A stretch of 20,795 nucleotides of DNA from a virus (taxonomy: Duplodnaviria; Heunggongvirae; Uroviricota; Caudoviricetes): IMG/VR virus record IMGVR_UViG_2529292920_000022; one strand, given 5' to 3'. Shown piece by piece: positions 1 to 8,229 of this stretch; position 1 is the first letter of the stretch; each line of letters opens with the position of its first letter. The notes under the pieces were generated by a model. It was not told the DNA's origin. It saw only the letters and a program-made list of their open reading frames with translations, and searched no databases. The translations under genes and the position numbers were made by a program.

Positions 1-1260
1 ATGCCAAAACTCACAGATATGCAGATCCGCGCATGGATAAAGGCGGGAGACAGATTTGATGGCAAGGCAGACGGCAACGGCCTTTATATTTGCTACCCCA
101 AAAACTACACAGCCCCGTTCTGGCGATTCCGCTATAAGCTCGCAGGAAAGCAGCGGGCTATGGTTATAGGCTCTTACTCCGAACTGTCACTATCAAAAGC
201 CAGAGAAACAGCAAAAGAGCTGTCAGCCAGAGTTGCTCTTGGCTATGACGTAGCAGCAGAGAAACAGGAACGAAAAGCTGAAGCACTGGCAAAAATGGAG
301 GCTGAGAAAAACGCCATGCGTGTTTCAGATCTGGCCTCCGAATACTTCGAGCGCCAGATACTTCCGAGATGGAAACATCCCGATATCCTTCGCCGGAGAA
401 TTGATAAGGATATTAACCCCTGCATTGGGCATATGAAGGTAGAGGACGTTAAGCCACGCCACATTGACGACATGTTGAAAGGTATCGTTGACCGAGGAGC
501 ACCAACGATAGCAACAGATGTATTACGCTGGACACGCCGTATCTTTGACTACGGGATAAAACGCCACGCTCTGGAGATAAACCCTTGTTCAGCGTTTGAA
601 GTATCTGATGCTGGTGGTAAAGAGGTTTCCCGCGACCGTTGGCTAACTCGCGATGAGCTTATCAGGCTATTCGAGGCTATGCGCACCGCAAAAGGATTCA
701 GCCGCCAGAACGAACTGACATTTAAGCTATTGCTGGCACTATGCGTTCGTAAGATGGAGTTATGCGCCGCACGATGGGAAGAGTTTGATTTAGATGGTGC
801 GGTATGGCATTTGCCGGAAGAACGCAGCAAAAACGGAGACCCTATTGATATACCTCTACCTTCCCCAGCCGTTGAATGGTTGAGAGAGCTACACACCTTT
901 TCATGTAATAGCGCATGGGTGCTTCCAGCCAGGAAGATGCAAAACAGAATGATCCCACATATTCAGGAAAGCACTTTGCCCGTAGCACTGGCTAAGGTTC
1001 GCGCCGAAATGCCGGATGTGCCTAATTTCACGATTCACGACTTCCGACGCACCGCACGTACTCATTTAGCAGCGTTGGGTGTTGATCCTGTCGTGGCGGA
1101 ACGATGCCTCAATCATCGCATTAAGGGCGTAGAGGGGATTTATAACCGCCATCAGTATTTTGATGAGCGTAAAGCAGCACTGGCACAGTGGGCTGATCTG
1201 CTGGTGGCACTGGAAAGCGGAAAAGACTACAACGTAACGCCTCTCAGAAGGGCGAACTAA
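1..1260 (+). CDS. int: P4-family tyrosine integrase (CP4-57 IntA-like)
   Basis: 419-aa ORF. N-terminal region (GNGLYICYPKN...WRFRYKLAGKQRAMVIGSY) resembles the arm-binding domain of P4-type integrases; C-terminal region carries catalytic-type motifs (HDFRRTARTHL, NHRIKGVEGIYNRH). An AlpA gene lies downstream, the usual partner of this integrase class. Confidence 0.9.
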   Translation: MPKLTDMQIRAWIKAGDRFDGKADGNGLYICYPKNYTAPFWRFRYKLAGKQRAMVIGSYSELSLSKARETAKELSARVALGYDVAAEKQERKAEALAKMEAEKNAMRVSDLASEYFERQILPRWKHPDILRRRIDKDINPCIGHMKVEDVKPRHIDDMLKGIVDRGAPTIATDVLRWTRRIFDYGIKRHALEINPCSAFEVSDAGGKEVSRDRWLTRDELIRLFEAMRTAKGFSRQNELTFKLLLALCVRKMELCAARWEEFDLDGAVWHLPEERSKNGDPIDIPLPSPAVEWLRELHTFSCNSAWVLPARKMQNRMIPHIQESTLPVALAKVRAEMPDVPNFTIHDFRRTARTHLAALGVDPVVAERCLNHRIKGVEGIYNRHQYFDERKAALAQWADLLVALESGKDYNVTPLRRAN

Positions 1261-1355
1261 CTGAATAGATTGAGCCTAGCTCGACGGGGCGAAAAGCGGG
1301 AAGCCTTACCGCCTGGCTCAATCACAAAATAAGGCGCAGCGTAAAAGGTGACGCA

Positions 1356-2321
1356 ATGAACGACTCTCATGAAACAACAGTGGTGCATAGAAATTTATGG
1401 CAGGAATCAGGTATTCCACCTTTGGACTACTGCACGATAGAGCGAGCATCAAAATTATTAAATTGTGAAATTGATGATATATGGCATTGGAAAGATAGAC
1501 TACATATAGACTTTTATGTCTATGCTGACTTTCTTGATTTCATTGAATCTGATGCCACCATCCACTTCAAAAAAGATGCTAATTTTATAACTGATTTATT
1601 ACTTATGTACCCAGAAGAAGTAAGGTTTACATTTCCTTTTCTTATTACCAGCGCAAGCAACGAAGTTTATATCCCAGCATCTGAAAGCGGTGCTTATGAG
1701 CTATTTTATGCACATAAACCACTGACAGTTGAAGACAGCGACAATAAAAATGTTTTTGAACAAATTGGCAAAAACTCTTTTATTGTAAGAAAATCAATTG
1801 CATGTGGATTGTTGCGTGTACGCGGTAGAACAACACGACATTATCATTCACAAGAATGTGGAGAACCATATGTGCGACTTGAAGCAACATTTGATTGTGA
1901 TCTATATAAATTCAAAATGCAAAGTTCCCAAATTCACCTGAGTAGCCTGTCAGATAAAAACATTTATATAACAAAGGCTGATTTAGAATACCTTCATGAC
2001 GCAAAGGTTAATGGAAGTTTTGACGCAGCTAAGAGCAAAAAACGATACGAAATGGCGGTAGAACAGGAACTAATACCTGAAATAAAAAATAGCAACCATA
2101 ATGCCGAGAGACATGCTGAAAACAGGGAAAAACTTTTCAAATCTGCAATATATCTTTTGTCAAAGTATCCTGATGAATGCCGTGGCAAAAAGAAAGAAAT
2201 AAGCCCTGAGAAGTGGCGGGATTGCATAGTGGCTCATAAAGACGAAATTCCACCGTTAGCAATCACAAATGAAGATGTGATTTTGAGACACTTACGTGCT
2301 GCCGCCAACGGTAAGGGGTAG
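1356..2321 (+). CDS. Hypothetical protein, AT-rich cargo gene between int and alpA (same position as yfjH in CP4-57)
   Basis: 321-aa ORF with an AAAAGG Shine-Dalgarno upstream. Markedly lower GC than the flanking int and alpA. No motif I recognise. Followed by a strong intrinsic terminator. Confidence 0.6.
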   Translation: MNDSHETTVVHRNLWQESGIPPLDYCTIERASKLLNCEIDDIWHWKDRLHIDFYVYADFLDFIESDATIHFKKDANFITDLLLMYPEEVRFTFPFLITSASNEVYIPASESGAYELFYAHKPLTVEDSDNKNVFEQIGKNSFIVRKSIACGLLRVRGRTTRHYHSQECGEPYVRLEATFDCDLYKFKMQSSQIHLSSLSDKNIYITKADLEYLHDAKVNGSFDAAKSKKRYEMAVEQELIPEIKNSNHNAERHAENREKLFKSAIYLLSKYPDECRGKKKEISPEKWRDCIVAHKDEIPPLAITNEDVILRHLRAAANGKG

Positions 2322-2336
2322 AGTAGCTAACTATTC

Positions 2337-2367
2337 AGGCACAGTATCATTACTGTGCCTTTTTATT
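2337..2367 (+). terminator. Rho-independent terminator after the AT-rich cargo ORF
   Basis: 10-bp perfect stem AGGCACAGTA / TACTGTGCCT with a 4-nt loop, followed by a T-rich run. Confidence 0.6.
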
Positions 2368-2435
2368 GTTCATATATGTACAGATACTTCCTCCCGTAAC
2401 GAAGCAACAACTATCGCTAAGAGGTTACGGGAAGC

Positions 2436-2639
2436 ATGAACACCGACACTATTCCTACAAAAGGCTATATCAGACGCTTCCGCCTGGCTGAATTGCTGGG
2501 CGTTAGTGTATCCACCATCGACCGTAAAGTAAGAAACGGTTCACTACCACGTCCGGTAAAGCTGGGAGAAAAAATAACTGCGTTTGATGCGGTTGAGATT
2601 CACAACTGGCTGGCAGAACGCCGCGGGAAGGTGGCCTGA
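2436..2639 (+). CDS. alpA: AlpA-family transcriptional regulator / excisionase-like protein
   Basis: 67-aa ORF; the segment RRFRLAELLGVSVSTIDRKVRNGSLPRPVKLGEKITAFDAVEIHNWL matches the AlpA / MerR-like HTH pattern. Sits next to a P4-type integrase. The RBS region is flanked by an inverted repeat (CCCGTAAC ... GTTACGGG). Confidence 0.85.
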   Translation: MNTDTIPTKGYIRRFRLAELLGVSVSTIDRKVRNGSLPRPVKLGEKITAFDAVEIHNWLAERRGKVA

Positions 2640-2649
2640 TGGAAAAGAA

Positions 2650-3770
2650 AAACCGCCCATTACAGGCGGCTAATTCAGATATTCGCGTATCTGATGTTAC
2701 GCCCCTGACAAAATCCCTTCAAGCACCTGTATGGGTCCACCACATATTGCAATTTTTATTCTCTTTTAAAATATATTCCACGGGCGTCATTAGTGCGAGC
2801 GCCTTGTGGGGTCTTTTGCTGTTATACAGCACCAGATATTCCGCCAGCTTCTGGTTAAATAGCGCCAGATCTTCAAAGAGTAAAATCTCATTAAATTCAA
2901 TAAACTGCTCTCTTAACGTCCGGTTAAAACGTTCACAGATAGCGTTCATTTTTGGCGTGTAGGGATAGGTCCAGAGGTGTTTGATAGCGGCTTCCTGCAG
3001 CGTTTTGTCGAAGTTTCCCAGGAACTCTTTTCCGTTATCTGTGATTATCTGGCTGATACCGACCGGGAACAACCGGGCTGCGCGGCTGAAGAAGTGATTG
3101 ACGATATCACTGTTGAGTGACGGCACAGCCAGCGCCAGCGCGTAATTGCTGCATTCGTCGATCATGGTGATGACATAGCGACGCAGTTCGCCCATTCTGA
3201 GCTCAATGGCGTCCATCCCAATGAGCTCACCTGTCTTTACCGGGCGGTAGTGCTTTGGCCTGCGGGGTTTGGCAGACCGCTTTTTGACAAGCAGTGCCTT
3301 CCCCCGCGATCCCAGACGCACAGGTATCATCCGCATTTTATCATGTGCGGCAGCGATCATTCTGCCGATGGTGGAAACACTCGGACAGGCCAGATAGCGC
3401 TGTTCGCACCAGGGCTTCAGGCGAACAAAAATCTGCTCTTTACCGAGGTTCGGCAGCTCTGTCCTGAGGCGTCGAATCTCTTTCAGCACATCGGGATGCC
3501 AGTGTTTTTTTCGTCGCACCAGAGGTGCCTTACTGTGCGGGATTAGCCCCTCAGGTCCTTCCTTGTTCAGTAACTGACGCCACCAGTAAAGCGTGCGGCA
3601 GGACACGCCAAAGGCTTCAGAAGCTGCAGAAATACCGTGTTTATCCCAGAAGTGCAGAGCCTTCATTCTCATTGTTGCTATATCAGCCATCACTGAAAGC
3701 CTCAACGCATAATCGGCCGTTTGGTAGTACTTAGGATAGCCAACCATCAGATGCTGCATTTGCATAGTGC
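2650..3770 (-). mobile_element. IS481-family-like insertion sequence (single-ORF DDE transposase); boundaries approximate
   Basis: A single minus-strand ORF with an N-terminal HTH and an rve-type DDE core fills the gap between alpA and the next plus-strand gene. Imperfect inverted motifs near both ends (CATCAGAT-containing) are candidate terminal repeats. Exact ends and target-site duplication not resolved. Confidence 0.5.
2719..3765 (-). CDS. DDE transposase (rve / integrase core), IS481-family-like
   Basis: 348-aa ORF. N-terminal HTH (MADIATMRMKALHFWDKHGISAASEAFGVSCRTLYWWRQ) and candidate D, D, E residues (GMDAIEL, ITDNGKEF, NAICERFNRTL). The true start is probably the internal Met near 3690. 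Confidence 0.75.
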   Translation of the reverse strand: MQMQHLMVGYPKYYQTADYALRLSVMADIATMRMKALHFWDKHGISAASEAFGVSCRTLYWWRQLLNKEGPEGLIPHSKAPLVRRKKHWHPDVLKEIRRLRTELPNLGKEQIFVRLKPWCEQRYLACPSVSTIGRMIAAAHDKMRMIPVRLGSRGKALLVKKRSAKPRRPKHYRPVKTGELIGMDAIELRMGELRRYVITMIDECSNYALALAVPSLNSDIVNHFFSRAARLFPVGISQIITDNGKEFLGNFDKTLQEAAIKHLWTYPYTPKMNAICERFNRTLREQFIEFNEILLFEDLALFNQKLAEYLVLYNSKRPHKALALMTPVEYILKENKNCNMWWTHTGA

Positions 3771-3865
3771 AATCTCCCCTTACTTATCCGGAGGCAATTG
3801 CAATATCTCTGTGAACTTACACAGCACCAAAGCGCACACCGAAAAAGCATCGTGCCAGAGTCTAT

Positions 3866-4171
3866 ATGCTGCGTACTGGTATAGAGGGATGGACAGAAAA
3901 TGACATTCTTCGCTACTGCCGTCTGTCTTCTGGTCGTAACTATGCAACAGAGTTAGAACGCCAGCTTGGAATCACTCTGGAGCGTATCGACGAAAAGAAT
4001 CCTGATGGTATCGGAACACACCTTCGCTACCGTTTCTCCTGCCGTGGTGATGTTCTGAAAGTGATCACTCATGTTAACCATCTTGCGAACATAAATGATC
4101 ACAACGGACTTTCTCAGCAGGAAATTGCCGACATTCTGAAACTCTACCCGAACGCGTTTAACGCCGCCTAA
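3866..4171 (+). CDS. Hypothetical protein (101 aa); possibly a remnant of a gene disrupted by the IS
   Basis: Open frame immediately right of the IS with no convincing RBS at the annotated ATG. Confidence 0.35.
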   Translation: MLRTGIEGWTENDILRYCRLSSGRNYATELERQLGITLERIDEKNPDGIGTHLRYRFSCRGDVLKVITHVNHLANINDHNGLSQQEIADILKLYPNAFNAA

Positions 4172-4183
4172 CGGAGACTGAAA

Positions 4184-5017
4184 ATGAACATCGAAAAAAG
4201 CAGATTAATTTCTGAGGCCGCCCCTCATCTGAACGCCTCTCTGGGCACAATTAACGGTAATGAATTTGCCGCAATTGTCCCGGTTATTCCTGGTCATATC
4301 GGTGGGCGTGAAACCAATATTGTTAGCGCAAAAGCGTTACACAAAGCGTTGGGCGTGGGAAAAGACTTCTCTACATGGATCACTGATCGCATCTCTGAAT
4401 ATGACTTCACCATTGGGCACGATTACTCAGTCCATAAAACAATTTCCCCAAATTTGGGGAAAAGCCCGAATGGCGCGGCTTACAGCAAGATAAAGCACTC
4501 TGGCAGACCCGGCAAAGACTATCTGTTAAGTGTCGGAATGGCGAAAGAACTGGCAATGATCGAACGCAATGATCAGGGTCGCGCTATCCGCCGTTATTTC
4601 ATCCAGTGCGAGGAAGAATTACAGCGTACCGTGCCTGAAATCGCCGCCCGCTATCGTCGCCAGCTAAAAGCCCGTATTAGTGCCGCAAACAACTTTAAGC
4701 CAATGTGCGATGCGCTGAATATGGCCCGTGCCGAGATGGGGAAAATGACGCAGCAACACCACTACACAAACGAGAGCAATATGATTTCTCGTATCGTTCT
4801 TGGTGGGCTAACTGCTAAGCAGTGGGCGCGGATAAATGGCTATTCTGGCGAACCTCGCGACCATATGAACGCAGAACAGCTTGAGCACCTCTCATATCTC
4901 GAAAGCACCAATATCACGTTAATTGATATGGGCATGGAATATGAGCAGCGCAAAGGAGAACTCACCCGCCTGTCGCAACGCTGGCTCGCCAAGCGTCTGG
5001 AGGCGCTCAATGTCTAA
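4184..5017 (+). CDS. AntA/AntB-domain antirepressor-like protein
   Basis: 277-aa ORF. The segment KDYLLSVGMAKELAMIERNDQGRAIRRYFIQCEE and the preceding region match the AntA antirepressor domain pattern. Confidence 0.65.
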   Translation: MNIEKSRLISEAAPHLNASLGTINGNEFAAIVPVIPGHIGGRETNIVSAKALHKALGVGKDFSTWITDRISEYDFTIGHDYSVHKTISPNLGKSPNGAAYSKIKHSGRPGKDYLLSVGMAKELAMIERNDQGRAIRRYFIQCEEELQRTVPEIAARYRRQLKARISAANNFKPMCDALNMARAEMGKMTQQHHYTNESNMISRIVLGGLTAKQWARINGYSGEPRDHMNAEQLEHLSYLESTNITLIDMGMEYEQRKGELTRLSQRWLAKRLEALNV

Positions 5018-5189
5018 GCCAACAGGAACACCACAACCACAAAAACGCTACAAAGATGCCCACGGAGCACTCGTTACTGTCGAAAGCGTGTCTCACAACC
5101 GAGTGACGTTTTATCGCGACGGGTATCAATCGCCATGCGTACAACCGCTGGCGCGTTTCATGAAGGAGTTCGCGGAGGTTAACCAATGA
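5010..5189 (+). CDS. Small protein, DUF4222-like
   Basis: 59-aa ORF (MSKPTGTPQPQKRYKDAHGALVTVESVSHNRVTFYRDGYQSPCVQPLARFMKEFAEVNQ). GGAGG RBS 8 nt upstream; start overlaps the end of the upstream gene by 8 nt. Confidence 0.5.
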   Translation: MSKPTGTPQPQKRYKDAHGALVTVESVSHNRVTFYRDGYQSPCVQPLARFMKEFAEVNQ

Positions 5190-5619
5190 TACCCGTCCAG
5201 AAGAAGACATTTTCACTGGCTGGTATGTCGCCAAAATCCAGCAATATGACGGCAAAGTCAGGCATTAATACAGCAGATACAAGCAAAGTTTATCATTTGC
5301 TGGTGGTCGGAACGGATGCCTTAACCATACCAGAAATCTCGGGCGATGATATTAGCATTGAGAAGGTCAGCGGCTGCGCCAGAAAATTTCTGGTCGTAGA
5401 TGATGTCTTCCGCTCGCGTAGTGACTCCACAAAAACCTTCATCCGCGCGCGTGACGTTAACGAAATGAGCGCGATGTACTGTGCATCTGGTGCTTCCAAT
5501 AGCGAGTTTTCGGAGTCCATAAAAAAGAGCTTGCCGTTATGCGGCAACACGGTTTATGGTTATAAGGCACCTCATAAAACGGGTGCCGGGATTGGCGTCC
5601 TGGTAAATCGAATGGCGAC

Positions 5620-5847
5620 ATATGACGCGCCGAGCGTCTTTTTTTATGTCGTAGGTCTGACTCACCCATTTTTTGGGCGTTGGTGTATAATCCAGCGCCT
5701 TTGTCAATCAATGGTGGCTCAGGCAGGGGCTTCTTCGGAAGCGCCGGTATCCATTCGAGCCGGTTACGCCAACCCTGTCTGGGCTACCACCAGCGAAATT
5801 GGCGTTTCCGGTGGTAGCGTTACATGCTATCGAATGGAGGCTGCCAC
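5620..5847 (+). promoter_or_regulatory. Candidate terminator, promoter and structured leader upstream of the icd-like gene
   Basis: Short GC hairpin GACGC-GCCGA-GCGTC followed by a T7-8 run (about 5624-5645); extended -10 TGTATAAT (about 5684-5691); leader with a GCUUC-UUCG-GAAGC tetraloop hairpin and a 9-bp inverted repeat GCTACCACC / GGTGGTAGC; GGAGG RBS before the ATG at 5848. Confidence 0.3.
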
Positions 5848-6042
5848 ATGCTGGCTACTACCCCTACCCAAAAACCGCAATTTATCTGGATTATCGCCGC
5901 AGTTCGCCGCGATTGCCCGACAATTACCGCCAGAATTCATCATATTGCTGCCGAGTCTGAACGCGATGCTCGCCGTTCTCTGGTGCGCGATCACGTCTGC
6001 TTTTTTGCTGGTCGTATCCGCATGGAGGTGGCACATGATTAA
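5848..6042 (+). CDS. Icd-like (cell-division-inhibitor-like) small protein
   Basis: 64-aa ORF MLATTPTQKPQFIWIIAAVRRDCPTITARIHHIAAESERDARRSLVRDHVCFFAGRIRMEVAHD. The FxGR...V...H C-terminal pattern and size match Icd-like proteins of P1/P4-like elements. Good RBS. Confidence 0.55.
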   Translation: MLATTPTQKPQFIWIIAAVRRDCPTITARIHHIAAESERDARRSLVRDHVCFFAGRIRMEVAHD

Positions 6043-6253
6043 AACCTACGATGTGCATATGGATCCCCTCGAACGCACAAGCCAGATCATCACACTGACA
6101 GAAGTGATTAACGACATTCTGGTGAGCAACTCTCCCTCACGAGACGAAAGACTGAAGGCGTTACTCGCGATATTGGATCTCGCCGTTCGTGACGTTCATT
6201 TCCTGCTGGAAGGTGGCGAAATGCCAGTAAAAACGGGGGCAACCAATGAATAA
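6035..6253 (+). CDS. Hypothetical small protein (72 aa)
   Basis: ATG overlaps the icd-like stop (ATGATTAA); GGAGG RBS. It is the real 3' portion of the 355-aa ORF in the track, which I take to be a chimera. Confidence 0.5.
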   Translation: MIKTYDVHMDPLERTSQIITLTEVINDILVSNSPSRDERLKALLAILDLAVRDVHFLLEGGEMPVKTGATNE

Positions 6254-6440
6254 CTCAATTAATACCCCTCGCCTTACGTCCGCACTTCAATTAATCGAGC
6301 AAGCAGCGGCTGTCCTGGTTGCTGTCAGTCTTTCGGCTGAAGAAATGGACGCTACTGATGTCGTGGATGCGATTAAAGCGTGCTCATCTTTGGTTAACGA
6401 TGCCCGTGCAGAGCTGGTAATTCTTGGGGGTGAAAAATGA
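6246..6440 (+). CDS. Hypothetical small protein (64 aa)
   Basis: Start overlaps the upstream stop (ATGAATAA); part of a co-directional chain of coupled ORFs. Confidence 0.5.
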   Translation: MNNSINTPRLTSALQLIEQAAAVLVAVSLSAEEMDATDVVDAIKACSSLVNDARAELVILGGEK

Positions 6441-6700
6441 ATATCAACTTAATTTATCGTCATCCGTGTGAGCTGGAAATTGAATCATTGCTGAGCCGTG
6501 AAGAACCATATCCAGACACATTCACTCTTGCAGATCGCACGACTGAACGGCTTACCAGAGCGCGCACAGGTCTGGTTCATGTGATGAATGAGATTCTTCC
6601 ATCGGTGGGAGGGGAACAGGCGACAGTAATCACTAGCTGGCTACAAAAAGTTACCTCTCTGATAGATATCAGTTTAATCGATGCGGAGAGTGCGAAATGA
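6437..6700 (+). CDS. Hypothetical protein (87 aa)
   Basis: ATGA start/stop overlap with the upstream ORF. Confidence 0.5.
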   Translation: MNINLIYRHPCELEIESLLSREEPYPDTFTLADRTTERLTRARTGLVHVMNEILPSVGGEQATVITSWLQKVTSLIDISLIDAESAK

Positions 6701-6918
6701 CCAACATCCAGCTCATTGAAGCGCAATGTCGCATCGAACAGGTTCAGACTGTTTTAGGGTTCTGGCTTGAAGGGGCCAGCCCCAGCAACAGAGACAAGTT
6801 AATGATTGGCGCGGTTATGTCACTGCTCAATGGCGTACCAGAAGCTATTCAGGAAGCAGACGAATTGTTGGGCAAATATGAGTTACAGAATCATTCAGGC
6901 GAGGCGAAACATGAATAA
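6697..6918 (+). CDS. Hypothetical protein (73 aa)
   Basis: ATGA start/stop overlap with the upstream ORF. Confidence 0.5.
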   Translation: MTNIQLIEAQCRIEQVQTVLGFWLEGASPSNRDKLMIGAVMSLLNGVPEAIQEADELLGKYELQNHSGEAKHE

Positions 6919-7513
6919 TTTCTTAACTTTCCAGGCAGAAGCAACGCCTGACGGCGTAAACATCATGCACCGCAGCAACGATGGCATGACAGAACGCGTT
7001 GAGACCGTCTCATATATTGATGCCGTAAATCGTCTGGATGCCGAGGATTATGACGATAAACCAGATGAAGGTATGTCAATACATCTCGCTATTGCCGATG
7101 GCGGCAACCAGGGATATTTCGATTACACATCACAGCATAACGTCATTATGTGGAGATGGTTGATCGCAACAGTATTCATGCTGGAAATGAGAGAGGAAAA
7201 CGGCACTGTCAGCATCATTGATGATACTGGCAATCCTTCCGAAGTGGCTGTTTATTCCAACGGCATCGTCGCCATGCCGCTGTATCCAGTAGCAGAGCGC
7301 CTCGCTATGGCAAACAACATTGAGGGCGCGATGATAGAACGTTTTGGCATCGAGTCTGGCACAGAACGCTCCATCATTTTCTACAGAGCCATGATGGATG
7401 TGGAACAAGGAGCACTGACTCCATTTGGTCGTGAAACGCTTGCTGAACTTCACAACAGCTTTATAGCTGAACTGAATGAAAACGGCATGCCATCGGAACC
7501 AGTGACGCACTGA
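6911..7513 (+). CDS. Hypothetical protein (200 aa)
   Basis: Internal Met of track ORF 6806-7513; the start MNNFLTFQ overlaps the upstream stop (ATGAATAA). Confidence 0.5.
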   Translation: MNNFLTFQAEATPDGVNIMHRSNDGMTERVETVSYIDAVNRLDAEDYDDKPDEGMSIHLAIADGGNQGYFDYTSQHNVIMWRWLIATVFMLEMREENGTVSIIDDTGNPSEVAVYSNGIVAMPLYPVAERLAMANNIEGAMIERFGIESGTERSIIFYRAMMDVEQGALTPFGRETLAELHNSFIAELNENGMPSEPVTH

Positions 7514-7523
7514 GGATGGAACC

Positions 7524-7865
7524 ATGATTACTAAAAATTTCCGACTGAATGCGCTGGCAAATAAGTATGCGTCAGCACTGTATAACCACATTACCTCCAC
7601 CAGCGGCGGGGACTATTTCATGATTGATGCGGACGGAGAGGCCGTACGTGTGGAAATCGTCAATGGAGTAAAAGGCGTTCGCAGCCTGATCGATAGTTAC
7701 GCACTGGCAGCCATGAAAGTGTTCTACCCGCAGTGGGAAACCGTGGGGATCGAGCTTCTTGATCGTTGCGTCACTAAGGACAGATTGACTGACGTCGGGC
7801 GTGAGATATGGCAAAGCATGGTTAATGACATGGGCGCAACTGTAGCGGGAGGTTCTCATGCGTGA
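7524..7865 (+). CDS. Hypothetical protein (113 aa)
   Basis: Co-directional ORF in the pre-primase operon, with a short intergenic gap carrying an RBS-like GGAGGATGG. Confidence 0.5.
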   Translation: MITKNFRLNALANKYASALYNHITSTSGGDYFMIDADGEAVRVEIVNGVKGVRSLIDSYALAAMKVFYPQWETVGIELLDRCVTKDRLTDVGREIWQSMVNDMGATVAGGSHA

Positions 7866-8229
7866 AAATGCAGAAATGGCGCTTAGCTCCGCAATCGGAG
7901 AGCAGGTGGCAAAGATTGCTGGTGCTGTGTGGATTCATAACCTTCATTCTACTGGTGAAGAGAAAATGGCAATTCAGACGCCAGAGGGACGCACTATTAC
8001 TACATCTCTGAAGCCGTCAGATGTTTGTGATCTGATTTGCGCATTCATGTACCCAGCAATGAGGACTGTCCACGGCGATAAGTGGAAACTTGCGACAACC
8101 GCTGAATTTGATATGTGGCTAAACAATGATGGCATGCTGACTGATTACGGAATAACCAAGTGGCAGATGCTGGTTAGCCATATCGCAAACGCTATAGACC
8201 ACGTGGGGTACGGTGATGCGAAACATTGA
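7858..8229 (+). CDS. Hypothetical protein (123 aa)
   Basis: Start overlaps the upstream ORF end; its stop overlaps the primase start. Confidence 0.5.
   Translation: MRENAEMALSSAIGEQVAKIAGAVWIHNLHSTGEEKMAIQTPEGRTITTSLKPSDVCDLICAFMYPAMRTVHGDKWKLATTAEFDMWLNNDGMLTDYGITKWQMLVSHIANAIDHVGYGDAKH

Noticed and set aside
2639-3734. Plus-strand ORFs 2639-2962, 3250-3546 and 3525-3734
   Set aside because: All are antisense to the transposase gene, have odd composition and no RBS; treated as shadow ORFs.
5186-6253. 355-aa plus-strand ORF from the six-frame track
   Set aside because: It reads straight through two better-supported genes in other frames (icd-like 5848-6042 and the 72-aa ORF 6035-6253, both with strong RBS) and through a terminator-like hairpin. 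It is most likely a chance open frame or chimera; only its 5' end (coupled to the DUF4222-like gene) might be a decayed gene.
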